NCBI RefSeq assembly: GCF_006345805.1
Contig: NC_043005.1
Span: 35,774,001 to 35,838,000, forward strand
Origin: Octopus sinensis
Taxonomy: Eukaryota
Length of the DNA stretch: 64,000 bases
Reading direction: 5' to 3'
Shown: one piece after another, positions 24,801 through 38,559 of the stretch
How the letters are laid out: each line of letters starts with the position of its first letter
Position numbering within the stretch: position 1 is the first letter of the stretch
Notes under the pieces: generated by a model
Told to the model about the DNA's origin: nothing
Seen by the model: only the letters and a program-made list of their open reading frames with translations
Databases searched by the model: none
Translations under genes and position numbers: made by a program

Positions 24801-26038
24801 TACATGAAGGTATTTAAAATGTCCAAACTTATTTCTGCAAATGTGCTAAGCACTGATGTTTTCCCCTGTTCAAAGCATTCCTAGAACTTTTGCAAAGTGA
24901 TGCCTTTTAACGCCTCTGTCATTTTTTCTTTACCTCTTCCACCTCTGCAAAACGTTTCCCTTTTAGGACTTTTTTCATTTAGAGGAACAAAAAAAGTTGC
25001 AGGGTGCAAGACTGGGTAAATAGGGAGGATGAGTAAACGGGGTCATGCCATTTTTGGTCAAAAACTGTCTCACACTCAAGGCAGAGTGTGAAGGTACATT
25101 GTTGTGATGAAACCATCACTCTCCACTTGGCCACTAGTCAGGGCGTTTTTGTCTCACCCTGTCTTGCAGACACTTCAGAACTGCCAAGTAAAATGCCTGG
25201 TTAACAGTTCGACCAGGAGGAACAAATACTGTGTGAACACTTCCTTTTGCATCAATAAAACAAATTAGCATCGTCATGACTTAGGACTTCACTTGATGCA
25301 CTTTTGGTGGTGGGAGGTGTAGTGACATTGAATGGTTCCATTGACTTGATTGCTGCTTTGTTTCTGGGTCATAGTTGTAGCCCCAGCCTTTGTCACCAGT
25401 GATGACTTTTGCAAAAAGGTCCAGATCAACTTCCAAATGTTCTTTCAGTTCATTACATGCATTCAGTCATGACTGCTTTTGATCTTTCATGAGCAAGTGA
25501 GGCATAAATTTTGCTACAACTCTTTTCATTTGCAATTCCTCACTCAAAATTCATTGGGAGAAGCTCCAGAATACACCAGTCATACCAACAAGTTTTTCAA
25601 TTGTTCGTCAATGGTCCTCCAAGTTTATGAACTTTTGTGATATTTTCATTTGTATGGGAGGTCGACAGTTGCTCTGAATGAGGTTGGTTTTCAAGCGACA
25701 AGTGACCATTCCTAAAGTGTGGAAACCACTCATAAGCTTGTGTTTTGCTCATGGCAGTGTCCCTGTAAGCTGTTTGAAGCATGGGAACTGTTTTGGTCAC
25801 TGTTTTCCTCAGCAGAAAACAGAATTTCACAGAAGTATGTTGTTCCTTTGTTTCAGCCATTGCAAAAATTGGTGAACAGGGGAGAAGTACTGCAAAGCAA
25901 AAACAACCTCACATGAAGGTGGCGGTCAGCAGACTGATGCCTGAGGGTCGCATCAAGTGGCTTCTAGTGGCAGAAACCTGAACTACAATGGGCTTATCCC
26001 ACAGAATGTTGCCGGTTACTTTTGGGCACCCCCTCGTA
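24801..26038 (-). mobile_element. Degenerate near-full-length mariner transposon
   Basis: TIR TACGAGGGGGTGCCCAAAAG at 26038; N-terminal HTH ORF 25597-25860 (KEQHTSVKFCFLLRK...EWF); catalytic-domain relic HPPYLPSLAP (YSPDLAP-like) near 25000-25030. The left boundary is approximate. Confidence 0.85.
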
Positions 26039-26520
26039 TATATATAATTATCATTTCACAGCCACGCCCACTTTCCATGCTGGTCAGAATTTGAGAGAAT
26101 CCATTGGGTTAGAGGACCATGTATTGTTACGATGTCTCAGTTTTAGGATGCATGATTTCTATGGCTGAAGGCCCTTCATAACGCCAATCACTTTACAGAG
26201 TGGAACTAGCACTAGTGAGGTCACATTGTTACTGACAAGACTAAAATGCATCCTTGATTGAATAGACTGATGCCAAGACATTTGATAAATTGGATGATAT
26301 ATGTCTAAGAAACTTCAACTAATACACTGAGTCAAACTTGTCGAATTATGAGTGCTGATGCCATGTAAAAGAACAACCAGTACACTCTATGGAGTGGTTG
26401 GCATTAGGAAGGGCATCCAACTGTAGAAACCAAGCCAAAACAGACTATGGAACCTGGTGTAGCCCTTGGCCTTGCCAGTTTCTCTCATTCAATCCATGTC
26501 AGCATGGTAAATGGACATTA

Positions 26521-26552
<32 letters not shown>

Positions 26553-26887
26553 CGACGACGACAACAACGACGATGCACACATACCAACAAACCAACAAAA
26601 CATCAAACAAATAAGCAAGCACACATGCACTCACATTTGTTTGTAAAAGTAACTGTTTGCAACACATTGGGGGAAACTGGTGTCACTTACATATTCAAGA
26701 AATAAGTGGAATTCCATGTTTGAAGAACGCACAATTATGTCAATTTTTAAAAAATGTACAAGACAGAAAAATTCAAAACAAGACAACTTTCAGTAATCCA
26801 AAAACTGCATCAAAGAATTCTCCTGGCATCATGCCAAAACCTTATGCAATGTGCTTATTTACATGAATATAGTTTATATATAAATAC

Positions 26888-27107
26888 CTCTGTCTCTTGA
26901 ATATTTAATAGGATCGGTACTATAACGAGAATTAATGCTGTCTTCACGGCCCCTGCGATGGGGATCCATCTGTCGTTGATGTCGAGCGGCTGCTGCTGAT
27001 TCAAGATGGCCATAACGTTTTTCTCGACGTCTGTTATCAAGTTCATTTTGCTTTTCAATGCCGGCGTCTGGGTGAAAGACATCTTCTGGAGAATTTCCTG
27101 AAGCTAT
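26888..27107 (-). CDS. Egfr: EGFR exon: C-tail (IASGNSPEDVF...RREKRYGHLESAAAAR...SRYSTDPIKYSRDR)
   Basis: ttttgcAG / GTATTT; 220 nt, phase 0 to 1; RYSTDP motif. Confidence 0.92.
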
Positions 27108-28459
27108 CTGCAAAAGGGAATGAGATGAGTGTCATAGAAAACAATAATGACGATGATGATAATAATGATAATAATAATAACAACAAGAGCACCCAGAGAG
27201 TGCAAACCTCTGCCAAGGCAACACCAACATCCTCTCAATGATTACCCAAAAATGATTTATAAAATGAGAATATCTGAAATAAAGTCAACAGCTCTCACAA
27301 ACAAGAATACTAAAAATGAACCCAACTGCTCCCAAAAATTAAGTAAAAAATTCCGGCGAAATAATCCAGAATCCTTGTCCAATACTGGATCGTTCTCAAA
27401 ATCTAATCAATTCATGCCAACCATGAGGCCAAACATTCCTGAAAGTTTCATCCGAATCCATCCAGTAGTTCTTGAAATATCTTGTCCACGGACAAACAAA
27501 CATGACTGAAAACAATACCTCCGCCTTCGCTAAGGTTGAAGTAATAATAATCCTTTCTACTATAGGCACAAGGCCCGAAATTTTGGGGGAGGGGACTAGT
27601 CGATTACACTGACCCCAGTGTTTCACTGGTACTTAATTTATCAGCCCTGAAAGGATGAAAGGCAAAGTTGACATCAGTAGTATTTAAACTCAAACATTAA
27701 GACAGATGAAACACCGCTAAGCATCCTGTGCTTGGCATTTTGGCAATTTTGTCAGTTCACTGCCTTAATAATAGTAATAATAATGATAATAATAATAATA
27801 ATAATGATATTTTTCATTTTTTTTCTATTTTTTTTCTTTCACTTATCTTGACTTTGTGAAAGCACATGTCTCAGTGGTTAGAGCATCGGGCTTACAATCA
27901 TGAGGTAGTGTGTTCAATTCTCGGACAGAGCTGTGTGTAATGTTCTCGAACAAGACACTTTATTTCATGTTGCTCCAGTTCACTCAGCTGTAGAAATAAG
28001 TTGTGACATCACTGGTGCCAAGCTGTATCAGCCTTTGCTTTTCTCTTAGATAACATCAGTGGAGAGGGGAGGCTGGTATTCATTGCCAGCTGAATGGACT
28101 AGAAAAATGCGAATTAAAATGTCTTGCTCAAGGATACAACACATCATCAGGAACTGAACTCACAGCCTTATCATCATAAACCGAACACCCTAACCAGTAA
28201 GCCACATGCCTTCACACATTTTAACAACAGCGCCTTTAAATAACAACAACCATCATCACCATCACCATCAGTATTTTATGTCTACTTTCTTGCTGGCATG
28301 GGTTAGATGGTTTGAGAGGAGGAAATGAGTCAGAGGATTACTGAGACATCAAATAAATATTAAATCAATTTAAAGATCAGAAATAAAATGTCTACAAAAA
28401 ATGAAAAGAAATACCAAGTTTTCCTGAAAAAGTAAGTCTTTAGAAAATAAGATTCCTAC

Positions 28460-28636
28460 CTTTGAGCCATCGTTATTGTTGTCTCCATTGCCATCTGCTG
28501 CCGCTTGAGATGACTGTGGCATTAAATAATCTTCTGCTTCTACAAGTTCTTCAGGACCTTCAGTTGCTAAACTTAAGCTCTGGAGTAAATCCCTTTTGTC
28601 ATATGTTAAACTTGGAAGTCGCATCAATTTATCTCC
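28460..28636 (-). CDS. Egfr: EGFR exon: proximal C-tail (GDKLMRLPS...VEAEDYLMPQ...DGSK)
   Basis: tttttAG / GTAGGA; 177 nt = 59 codons. Confidence 0.93.
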
Positions 28637-30358
28637 CTAAAAAAAACATAAAAGATAAAGGTTTCATCAAATTGATGGCTCAATTAATTCTTCATGGAGT
28701 GGCTATTTTGGGCGGGGGGGGGGCATTGTCTTTGTTCAGGAGTAAAGTTGGTGTCATTAATAGCAGGGAGAGTGAAAGTGTATTGCTCTATGAAACCAAG
28801 GTCACCTATGTCTATGTGCTGAAAAACAGAGCAACTTTGGCAGAATGTCAATCAAGTGTTGGAGAAACAATTGATATAGAAGGTAAGACAAAGCCTGCAC
28901 TACACTGTGCCTTGGTGGGATGGGTCACATCAATTGTGAGAAGGGATTCAACAGATCACAGTGTGGTAGCTTTTCTACTAAACATATTACTCAGAACAGC
29001 AAGTCAAGTCATATACAAGTAATCCTTTTCGTTTTGATCTCTTTGAAAGTTATGCAGGATGGCACTGTAGTGGCATCTTGGTATAGCAATTCCATCAGCA
29101 ATGCTGCTCACTATGTTAGCCAAAGGCTAAGCTTAGCAAATTATATTTGTTCCAAAATCACATGATCAGGTAGTACTGGCTGTGGAAGTAGTGGTGATAG
29201 TTATGGTATGCATTTATGCATCAAATAACGATATGAGAGGTTTTCTCTCTTGGTAAATATTGCAGTATTTGTGTGTTCTAACGCAAAACTCACTTTTAAG
29301 TGGTGAATATTTTACCTTTCAGTATTAACACTGCTTGAGATGCTCTATTTTTTTAATGCAATCAGGTATCTACTATTGACAAAGCCAGCAGAGGATGAAA
29401 TCACGTGACCTGGTGGTCCTGGCAGTGGAAGTAGTAGTGATAGCTATATGCTTTTATGCACCAAATAACTATATGAGAGGTTTCTCTCTTGATAAATATT
29501 GCAGTATGTGTGTGTTCTAACACAACATCCACTTTTAATTGGTGAATGTTTTACCTTTCAAGTATTAATACTGCCTCTGTTGCTCTATTTATTTGTTTTA
29601 TATTTCTTTGTTCTAGTATCCAGGATTTTAATGCCTGAGGCAGTCACTTTGTTTGACTAATGTGTAACAGTGTCAAAAGCTTAACATTGCTAGTTTTGTG
29701 GGCAGTGTGGAAGATAAAGTGAACAGAGTTTAAAATAACGAAAATAATGGAATCCCCTGTAAGAAAATGCAGCAGAAACTTTGGTACATTTATGAGGAAT
29801 TCAAATGTGAAATATACATGAGTGCAGGTGTTTCTTTGTGGTTAACAAGATTCATTCCAAACCACATGATTTGGGGTTTAGTCCTACTGTGTGGCACCTT
29901 GAAAATGAGCATCACTGTCATTCATTTCCAATCTTCTGTAAAAACATGTCTGACAAAGGGGTAATATTTTGTTAGGAAACAGGTGAAGGTTAGCAATAAG
30001 GAGAACATCCAGTCATAGAAAATCTGCACCCATACAAAAACGATACTAGCAGAATTGTTAGAACATGAGAAAAACACAAAATTCTTTGTACTATTTACAT
30101 TCTGAATTTAAATTTTGCTGAAGTCAACTTTGCCTTTCATCTCTTTCTGGTTGATAAAATAAAGTGGCAGTCAAGTTCTGGAGATCAATCATATTGATTA
30201 TCCTGTTTCCTCAAAAACTGCTGACCTTCTACCTGATTCAAAAACCAACATTTATTGCTAATGTCTATCTTGTTATAATTCTCTCCATCTATCATTATAG
30301 ATTTTCACCATAATCACAGCAATGGCACTGCAATTAATAAGATAGCTTAATTTTTTTT

Positions 30359-30775
30359 TTAATTTGGCCATCCTCCCAGATGCTTCAAAGATTTCATGCG
30401 AGCATGCCATCCATTACAGTCCTGTATCCATGTTCTTAATATGTCAACATTTGCCAAACCACTGTCCTGAAGCAAATTGTCCACATAGGTAAGACGGTTT
30501 CTTCCCTGATTGAGTCTTCCTTCAACTGACTGCCATAAGACCAGTTGACACACAGGTTCTTCTGGGTGCCTGACACAATGACCAGCAATTCTTACTCTTC
30601 TCTGCTGAATCTTCTCAGTCACTTTGGGTAGATCTTGATAAAGCTTCTTGTTGGTCAAATGAACTTTCCATGTAACATTCAGAGCTATTCTTAACATTCT
30701 ATTTGTTTTTCAAGTCTTTTGGTGAGGGTACAAGTTTCAGCATGATAAAACCAACTCTACCATGGAGACAAACAA
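30359..30775 (-). mobile_element. RTE-clade LINE 3' fragment
   Basis: ORF MLRIALNVTWKVHLTNKKLY...IAGHCVRH...GRNRLTY matches the RTE RT C-terminal pattern. Confidence 0.85.
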
Positions 30776-31392
30776 CTAACAATTAACAAAATAATTGTCA
30801 ATTATAACCTGACAACATCCACTTCTCCTTTAATCACATGACTTGTTTCTTTATAATCAGTAAAAATTAATTATTTACAACTTTGAAATCATCATCATCA
30901 TCAAAATCATTTAATGACTGTTGCCCATGCTGGTATGAGTTGGATGGTTTGACCAGGGCTGGTAAGTTGAGGGGCTGCAACAGACTACAGTTTGATTTGG
31001 TATGGCTTTTACAGTTGGATGCCCTTCCTGATGCCAACCACTCTGAGAGTGTAATGGGTGTCTTTACGTGCCACCAGCATGGGTTCCAGTTGCGTGACAC
31101 CAGTATCTGCCATGACTATGATATCACTTGGTTTGATGAATCTTCTTCTCAGGCATGGTATACTGCTGAAGGTCTCAGTCATTTGCCATTGTCTCCATGA
31201 GGCACATCACTCAAAATGTGTTTTTTATGCACTACCAGCATCGACCACATTGTCTCTGAGAACCCTTAACCCTATCTGTCAACACATCCAACTTGATTAC
31301 ATAAGAACTTATATTTTCATGTCCAATCCTGTCACCTGCAATGATATGTATGACTGTATACAATGGATATTGTAGGTATCAAAGTGACTTAC

Positions 31393-31490
31393 TTCAATGA
31401 CCAAATAACGTCCAGGATCTCTAGACATTTTACCAAATTCAACCTCTAATTCTTTAAAAGATGGTCTGCTTTCAGCATCCAGCATCCAGC
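31393..31490 (-). CDS. Egfr: EGFR exon: end of kinase domain ([32 protein letters not shown])
   Basis: ttttcAG / GTAAGT; 98 nt. Confidence 0.98.
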
Positions 31491-31792
31491 CTGAAAAATA
31501 CAATTGAAATGAGTTGGTACTTACTATTGTTATTCATTTTATCCTGCTTATAGAACACGTAAACAATGATAAGTTTGGAAAATACAATCTTTTGGTTAAC
31601 CCTGAAATACCAACCTACCTGAGACCAGCTTTGGTTCTATGATATAAAATTCAGAATTTAAATTAATCTAAAACAAGCCTGCCATCAAAACGTTGTGTTA
31701 TTTATTTTCCAAACACCAGCTTAATAATAACAAAGTTACTTAACTAAATTCTTTGTTATCTTAAAAATAAAATAAAATAAAGGTAGTGTATT

Positions 31793-33365
31793 TGTTGTAG
31801 GGAATTAGTAATAATGGTACACCCCTTCCCATGTGACAAATGGAATAATCTAGTCACTGTAAGAAAAGAGAAATATGGGAAGTACCAGAGTACTTCAGAA
31901 GAAATTGGTATCATAATGATGAGAAGATTCATGAAGGTGAAAATCAGAAATACAAGTGTTAAAATGAAATTAGAAAAACTTAGAAATATATGGAAAAACT
32001 TGGAAATTTTTTCAGTAAGCTGAAATTAATTAAATTGGAAAAGGTAGTACATCATGTCTCGGGAAAAAGATATTTTTCTGCTGAATTTGTATGTAATGTA
32101 ACATTTCGAGGTCAAATGAAAAAGGCAAAGATATATGTGTTAAAAAGTTCACTTAATTTATTCAGTACAGAGTGGATGGAACTATTCAAAGTAGGGAATA
32201 TGCCTATAAGTGTTTTGTGTCTAAGGTTTGAATGTGGCTTAGGGATTGAAATAAAAAATTGCCCATGATAAAAAGTAAACATTGTTCAAAAGTAGATGTT
32301 CCATAATCGAGACTACACATTGATTTTGCTGGTCCTTCAAACAGTTCATACTACTTAGTGGTATTTGATAGTTTTTTGAAATGACCTGAAATTTGCAAGT
32401 GTAAAAAACCAACCTTCTCAACTGTGATAAATTTTTTACATGAATTATTTGCAAGATTTGGCATCCCGGACAAGATAGTGTCTGACAACAGAATGCAATT
32501 TCTGTCTAACGAATTTAAAAAATTTAGTGAAATGTTCATGGTAGAACATATAACTACTGCACCATACCATCCTAGATCTAATGGAAAATTGAATAAGGAA
32601 GTTATGGATGAGGTAGCTCTACAACAATTTTTTAGAGTGTACTGTGTGACACCAAGTCTGAATACGCCAACAGGTAAGATCGTCAGTAGAGCTGATGTTT
32701 GTGAGGAAAATAAAATCAGCCTTTGATATATTGCTACCTGGCAAGAAAAGAAAAAGTGCCAGAAAAGACATAGCAAAATTCTGTAAAGAGGGCATACAAG
32801 AATGGAAAGCAGAGTTGGGAAGATAGTGTAATTGCCAAATGCATTGGTAAAATGATGTATTGGGTAAAAAGTAGAAAAGGCATACAAAAGAGACACAGGA
32901 ACCAACTGAAAAAAGGTTTGTGGAAAGTGAACCAAAGAAGTTGGAAGAACTGATGGAATGGTTGTATGATACGTTTCAAGTACCAACATCACTGCAGGTG
33001 ATTGAACATAGGCATACAAGTGAGAGGGAAAGAAAACATACAGAGTTCCTTAAAGTAGATGCCAAATGCAAAAAATAGTAAATTGTACAGGAAAAATACT
33101 CAAAAAAGGGAGGTGGAGTGAATAAAAAAAATTATTGCTAAATAAAATTACACTTCCTAAGAAAAACTTAAAAGGGAAGATGTTGTAGGGAATTAGTAAT
33201 AATGGTACACTCCTCCCACGGGACAAATGGAATAACATAGTCACTATAAGTAAAGAGAAGTACGTGAAGTACCAGAGTACATAGTAGGCAGTCAGAGACA
33301 GTCATGTCTTTACTGGTTTTACTAAGTATACTGTATACCAAAGTGAGCGTTATAACAATCCAACA
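31793..33365 (+). mobile_element. Internally deleted Gypsy-type LTR retrotransposon
   Basis: 3' LTR 33181-33365 (TGTTG...CAACA) preceded by a polypurine tract AAAGGGAAGA; truncated 5' LTR copy at 31793-31891; integrase relic HIDFAGP...ELFARFGIPDKIVSDN...TAPYHPRSNG. Confidence 0.88.
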
Positions 33366-34610
33366 TTTTAAGGATATAACAGTATTTCAACAGCAATTAG
33401 ATAAAAAAAGGGTTAAATATCAGTGACAATTCTAGCATAGCTAGAGGGGACTGTAGGGGTGGTCTGCCCTGGGCAGCACTTTTCATCCTGTTGTAGGCTA
33501 TTGCAGTAGGCAATATGTGTTTTTTGTGGGGTCAAGGCAGCATACACTCTAGCTACAGTAGTGGTGACAATTCAGTAATTATCCTTCCAACTATAGGTAC
33601 AAGGCCTGAAATTTTGAGAAAGGGTGGCAGGTACTTGCTTATAGTTGAATGGGTTGGAGAAATGCAAAATGAAGTATTTTGCTCAAAAATATGATGCACC
33701 ACTCAGTCTAGGATTTGAAACCGCTATCATGATTCAAATCTAGGATTTGAAGCTGCAACACCCTAACCACAAGACCATGTACCTTAATTGAGAGGAAAAT
33801 ACACACACACAGCCACACACACACACACAGACACACACACACACACACACACAACCATCTAATTTTGAAAGCCTCTTAACAACAATTTTAGTACTTTGAA
33901 ATACAGAATGATAAAGATATAGATTACATCATTATGAAATAGTTGTGCTAAGGGGTCTATCACCACCACCACCACCACCACCACCACCACCAGCAGCATC
34001 ATCATTATCATTACTTTATTTTATTTACCAACATTTACTTTACTGTTCTCTTTCATTCAGTAATTATAGAAGAGCATTCAGACCAATTTGGGGTTTCCTC
34101 ATTCAGTTGCAGACATTGCTGTAATCATTTGAGGGTAGAGTGAACCCAGCACTAAACTGGGCTCTTTTCTCCTTCAGGGTGTTAATTTTGGCTGCCTCAA
34201 AGTCAGAAATAGTTAGATACATGCATACACACACATACATATGTTAGCTCTTTTTTATGTCTGTATACATGCATGATGATAAAACAAGACAGAGCGGTTG
34301 AAATAAATAGGTAGAGAGGTAGATTTCTCTGTATTCTAAATATAATGTTCTTGAAAGCATGCAAGATAAACCTGAAGACATGGGAAATGGAAGCACTGAA
34401 TAGAGCCCAGTAGAGAAACTCAGTTTAATATGCAAAACAGTTGAAAGGGGACTTCACATTTATTCCTTAGAATCCATGTAATAATCACAGATTTAATGAG
34501 CAAATAATTAGAGGCAAGATATAATAAATGACTAGAGAGAGGGATTCTGAGAACTTTAGAAGACATCTTCAGTTTAAAGTACAAAGGAATTAAGAGAGGA
34601 TATCACTTAC

Positions 34611-34757
34611 ATTTAATCATTATCATGTACACATCGATTGTACAAATGTTTGGCTGTGGTAGACGTTCTCCTTTTTCTAACAAATCTGGTACATGTGCTG
34701 CTCGAACACTTTCATAGGGTCGCTGGCCATACGTAAACAGCTCCCAGACAGTAACCC
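34611..34757 (-). CDS. Egfr: EGFR exon: [14 protein letters not shown]...[18 protein letters not shown]
   Basis: ttttcAG / GTAAGT; 147 nt. Confidence 0.98.
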
Positions 34758-35392
34758 CTGAAAAAAAATAACAAGCAAACACTGACAGGCAATTGGTTTT
34801 CAGATAATTAACAAGAAATGTAAGAATACTGAGTAACCCTATTACTCAACTCATCCCCAACATCATACCTCTTTATATTTCATACTTCTATCATTCATAT
34901 CAGTTACTCTGCAAAGAGGTTGGTGAGTGAACAGACATATGCAGAGCCATGAGCTACTTTTATATATGTCATGGACATGGCTACCCTTCAAGTGCTGGTG
35001 CCACCAAAAACACATATTCAGTATACTCTGTAATGTGTAAGGTTGTTGAGGATATAACTATTCCCTAGTGCTGGTGCCATGAAAAAATGCACCCAGTACA
35101 CTGTGTAATGTGGTTAGTGTTAGAAAAGGCATCCAACCATAGGCTCTGAGCCAAAAATGAAACACACAAACAAGATGCGATCCTCCAACTTGTCTAGGTG
35201 AGCAGCACACCTGAATAAGTGCTAACTCCAAACAGAGGAAATGCATCCAATCAGTGCTAGCATGGAAAGTTGATAAAAGTTTATAGTATAGATGCCATAT
35301 TTCTTGGTATCACTTGTGGTGGAAAAGTACATTTCCAAAGTTTTCCATCATATGACAGGTAACACTCTAAAATAAATGCAAAACATGATTGT

Positions 35393-35440
<48 letters not shown>

Positions 35441-35487
35441 GCACAGAGAGAGAGAGAGAGAGAGAGACGCATATTAATCAAACTTAC

Positions 35488-35563
35488 CATAACTCCATAC
35501 ATCACTTTTATGAGTAAATATCCTGTGCTGGATGCACTCAAGGGCCAACCATTTAATAGGCAT
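35488..35563 (-). CDS. Egfr: EGFR exon: MPIKWLALECIQHRIFTHKSDVWSYG
   Basis: ttttttAG / GTAAGT; 76 nt. Confidence 0.98.
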
Positions 35564-36999
35564 CTAAAAAAGAAAGAGAACATTAGTGCCATCCCTTCTG
35601 AGCTAATCCACACAATTCTAACATTAATCTCACACATAAATAGATTTAATTGTTTTAACATAAATTCTTTTAATGTTAGTTTGAACAAATTATTTCAGAA
35701 TATTTGATTCTTGCTGAAGATAGTACTCCTTTTTTCTTAAATAGCTAACTACATTTCCTACAACTAATTAATTGGTGCATAACATACTTATTTACACTTA
35801 ATATATTCAGGCAGATTTGAGCAGGAATATCTGTTTGGTGCTGTTATTTTGTCACCTGAAAACATCTCTTCCCTTTTGACAATGCCTGTTCATAACACGT
35901 GATTCACAGATGTTTGGGACTTTATGATACCTCTGTGTTTCCTCAGTCAAAGTTACCCCCACTGGACCAATGAATAAAAAAAGAGCACAATCAGATATTC
36001 ACATCTGAATCTGGTAGAATGTACTAAGAATGAATAGCTATATAATTGTTTGGATTTTCAAAGTTCTGCACCCAATGAATCAACCAACTGTTTTGACTAA
36101 GGATGGTTTCTTTGTTTTAAGGCTAAAGAACCAGAAATGTGCATGTAACTTAGTGGTATTCCATAACACCATAAAACCATCATTTGATCGTTTTATGGCA
36201 ATATGGTATTTGATTGTCAGAATGTGAATATATCCGGTGGCATGTAAAAGCACCCACTACACTCTCAGAGTGGTTGGCATTAGGAAGGGCATCCAGCAGT
36301 AGAAACTCTGCCAGATCAAGATTGGAGCCTGGTGTAGCCATCTGGTTCGCCAGCCCTCAGTCAAAATCGTCCAACCCATGCTAGCATGGAAGGCGGACGT
36401 TAAACAATGATGATGATCCATTGTTACACTGGGTTATAGAGAGAAATTTTTGCTAAATATTGATTAGATGGTCACACTCATAATTTTCTGACAGAATTAT
36501 GTGTGTATGAGTGAGTGTATGTTTAATACTGTTGTCTTCCAATGAGAAGAGTAATGCTGCCAAGAAAAGCACCCCAGTCCTGCCTTTTACTATTTCTTCC
36601 CCCACTTCCCATCCTTTATTACTCTTATCCTCTCCCCACTTCATTTCCATTCAAATTCTCTCCCACCACTTTCCCTCTTTCAAATCATTTCCCTCTCATT
36701 TATGTGCAACAACTGCAATCAGTATTTTCTGGAATTCTCTAATCCATCCAACCTCTCATCCTCCACAGAAGGATTTTGTTAAAAAGGTCAGAAACTCAAC
36801 CTACAACTAAAACATACCAACTTGAGAGAGAGAAGGGGAAAGAGAGAGATAAGGAAAGTGAGATCTACTGAGTAAAAGAAAGTTAAAAAGAGAGAGGGCC
36901 AGAGAAAGACTGATAAAGTAGGTAGGATATAAGCAGTGGGTAAATTTCTTTAAAGACACAGTAATTAGAAAGATCAATAAATCAATAATTGAGACTCAC

Positions 37000-37091
37000 T
37001 TTGCCACCAGCAGCAATGTATTCTTCTTCGTTATAGTCAAGTAATTTGGCTAAACCAAAGTCTGTAATCCTTATTTGATTAGGAGTTTGCA
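37000..37091 (-). CDS. Egfr: EGFR exon: DFG and activation loop (QTPNQIRITDFGLAKLLDYNEEEYIAAGGK)
   Basis: tgtttcAG / GTGAGT; 92 nt, phase 1 to 0. Confidence 0.98.
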
Positions 37092-37499
37092 CTGAAACAC
37101 AAAAACAAGTGATACATTGAAAATATGAAATATAACTTATGGTTACTCATATATTACATACATGCATGCCTCCATACATACAAACATACATACATGCTTG
37201 CATAAGTACCTACATACTTGACTACCTCCACCTGAAATGAAAACAAGGCAGCAAAGGCTTAACATCGATTCAAAATGCCTTTGAATCTCATATCATTATC
37301 CCTTCGGTGACATCACTTAACCACCAATTGTTGAAGTCCATCCTTTGACCAAGTTTGCATACATGAGGCTGATAACATCATAAGACTTAGAAGGCAGCTC
37401 CTTGAGCAAGATTCTTTATCTAATAATCTAGAATACATGCCTAAAGAAGTTGCATGACTCTACAGCAACATATCATCATATAAAAGGATGAACATATAC

Positions 37500-38310
37500 A
37501 AGTAGAAAACTACGCATGGCTATGTTAGTAAAAAGCTCTGAGATGATAGTAACATTGATCATGAAAGCAGTCTATCATGGACCAATAGCCAGATTACTAC
37601 CTCCCACTTTGAAGGGTATGTGTTTGCAATCCAGGAACAGGAAATATCAGCCAAGTAACTGATGCATAAAAGGGATAGAGTTGCAGGAAAAGCAGTAAAA
37701 TGTGACAACTGGTGCAGACTTTGTGGAGTTAACACCAGAGATATCACCCACATCATAAGCAGTTGTCTGAAAATGTCATCATGGTATTATCTACCGATGA
37801 GACATGATGTTGTAGCTAGGACACTATAATGAAATCCATCGGAAGAATATCCCAAGGACAAAGAAATAAAAACCCACAGTTTGGAAGAAGCCATAGCCAC
37901 TCATTATAAAAAGAAGTACTGGTGGAATGTTCCAGTGAAGACCTCAATAAAATGTAAGCACAACAGACCTAATATAACAATTTGGGATAGAGCAGAGAAA
38001 CTGTGTACAGTTGTGGAAATTAGCTGCCCAGCTGATGTTAACATAAAACTGAAGATCAGTGAAAAAGAGAACACCTACGCTGAAATATTGAGAAATCTGC
38101 AGTTACTCTATCCAGATTACAAGTTCAGATTTATACCTGTAATTGTTGGGGCTCTGAGGTCCATACCACACTGCCTAAATACCAATCTTGAGAAATTAGG
38201 CTTCTCAAAACCAGAAAGGAGAAAGCTAATTCGAAGATGACAGACCCAATTCATCACTTGAACTGTTAAAATGTGTAAAACTTTCCAGAAGTTTAGCATT
38301 TAATTATATA
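37500..38310 (+). mobile_element. RLE-type (R4/Dong-like) non-LTR retrotransposon 3' fragment
   Basis: CCHC relic and ORF HNRPNITIWD...VVEISCP...IPVIVGAL. Confidence 0.8.
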
Positions 38311-38559
38311 TGAGCATTATTTACATTGGATGGATATGTGTCCTCATTTTGTTTGTTGTTACTACAATGTTATAGCTGATTTATTCTCCAGCCTTCATCA
38401 GGTGTCCTGGTAGAATTTTGAACCCTAAGGTACTTTTTCTGCTATTGTTATTATTATTATTATTATTAATAATATTATTATTTATTCAAGGCACTGCCTG
38501 GAACTGAACTCACAGTTTTGGGGTTAGTCGCCCGCACTCTTAACCATTACGCTATATGC

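Noticed and set aside
28740-28882. Plus-strand exon-like segment (ttgttcAG ... GAAG|GTAAGA) within ORF 28462-29022
   Set aside because: No recognisable protein similarity or partner exons; the ORF's first part is just the antisense of an EGFR exon.
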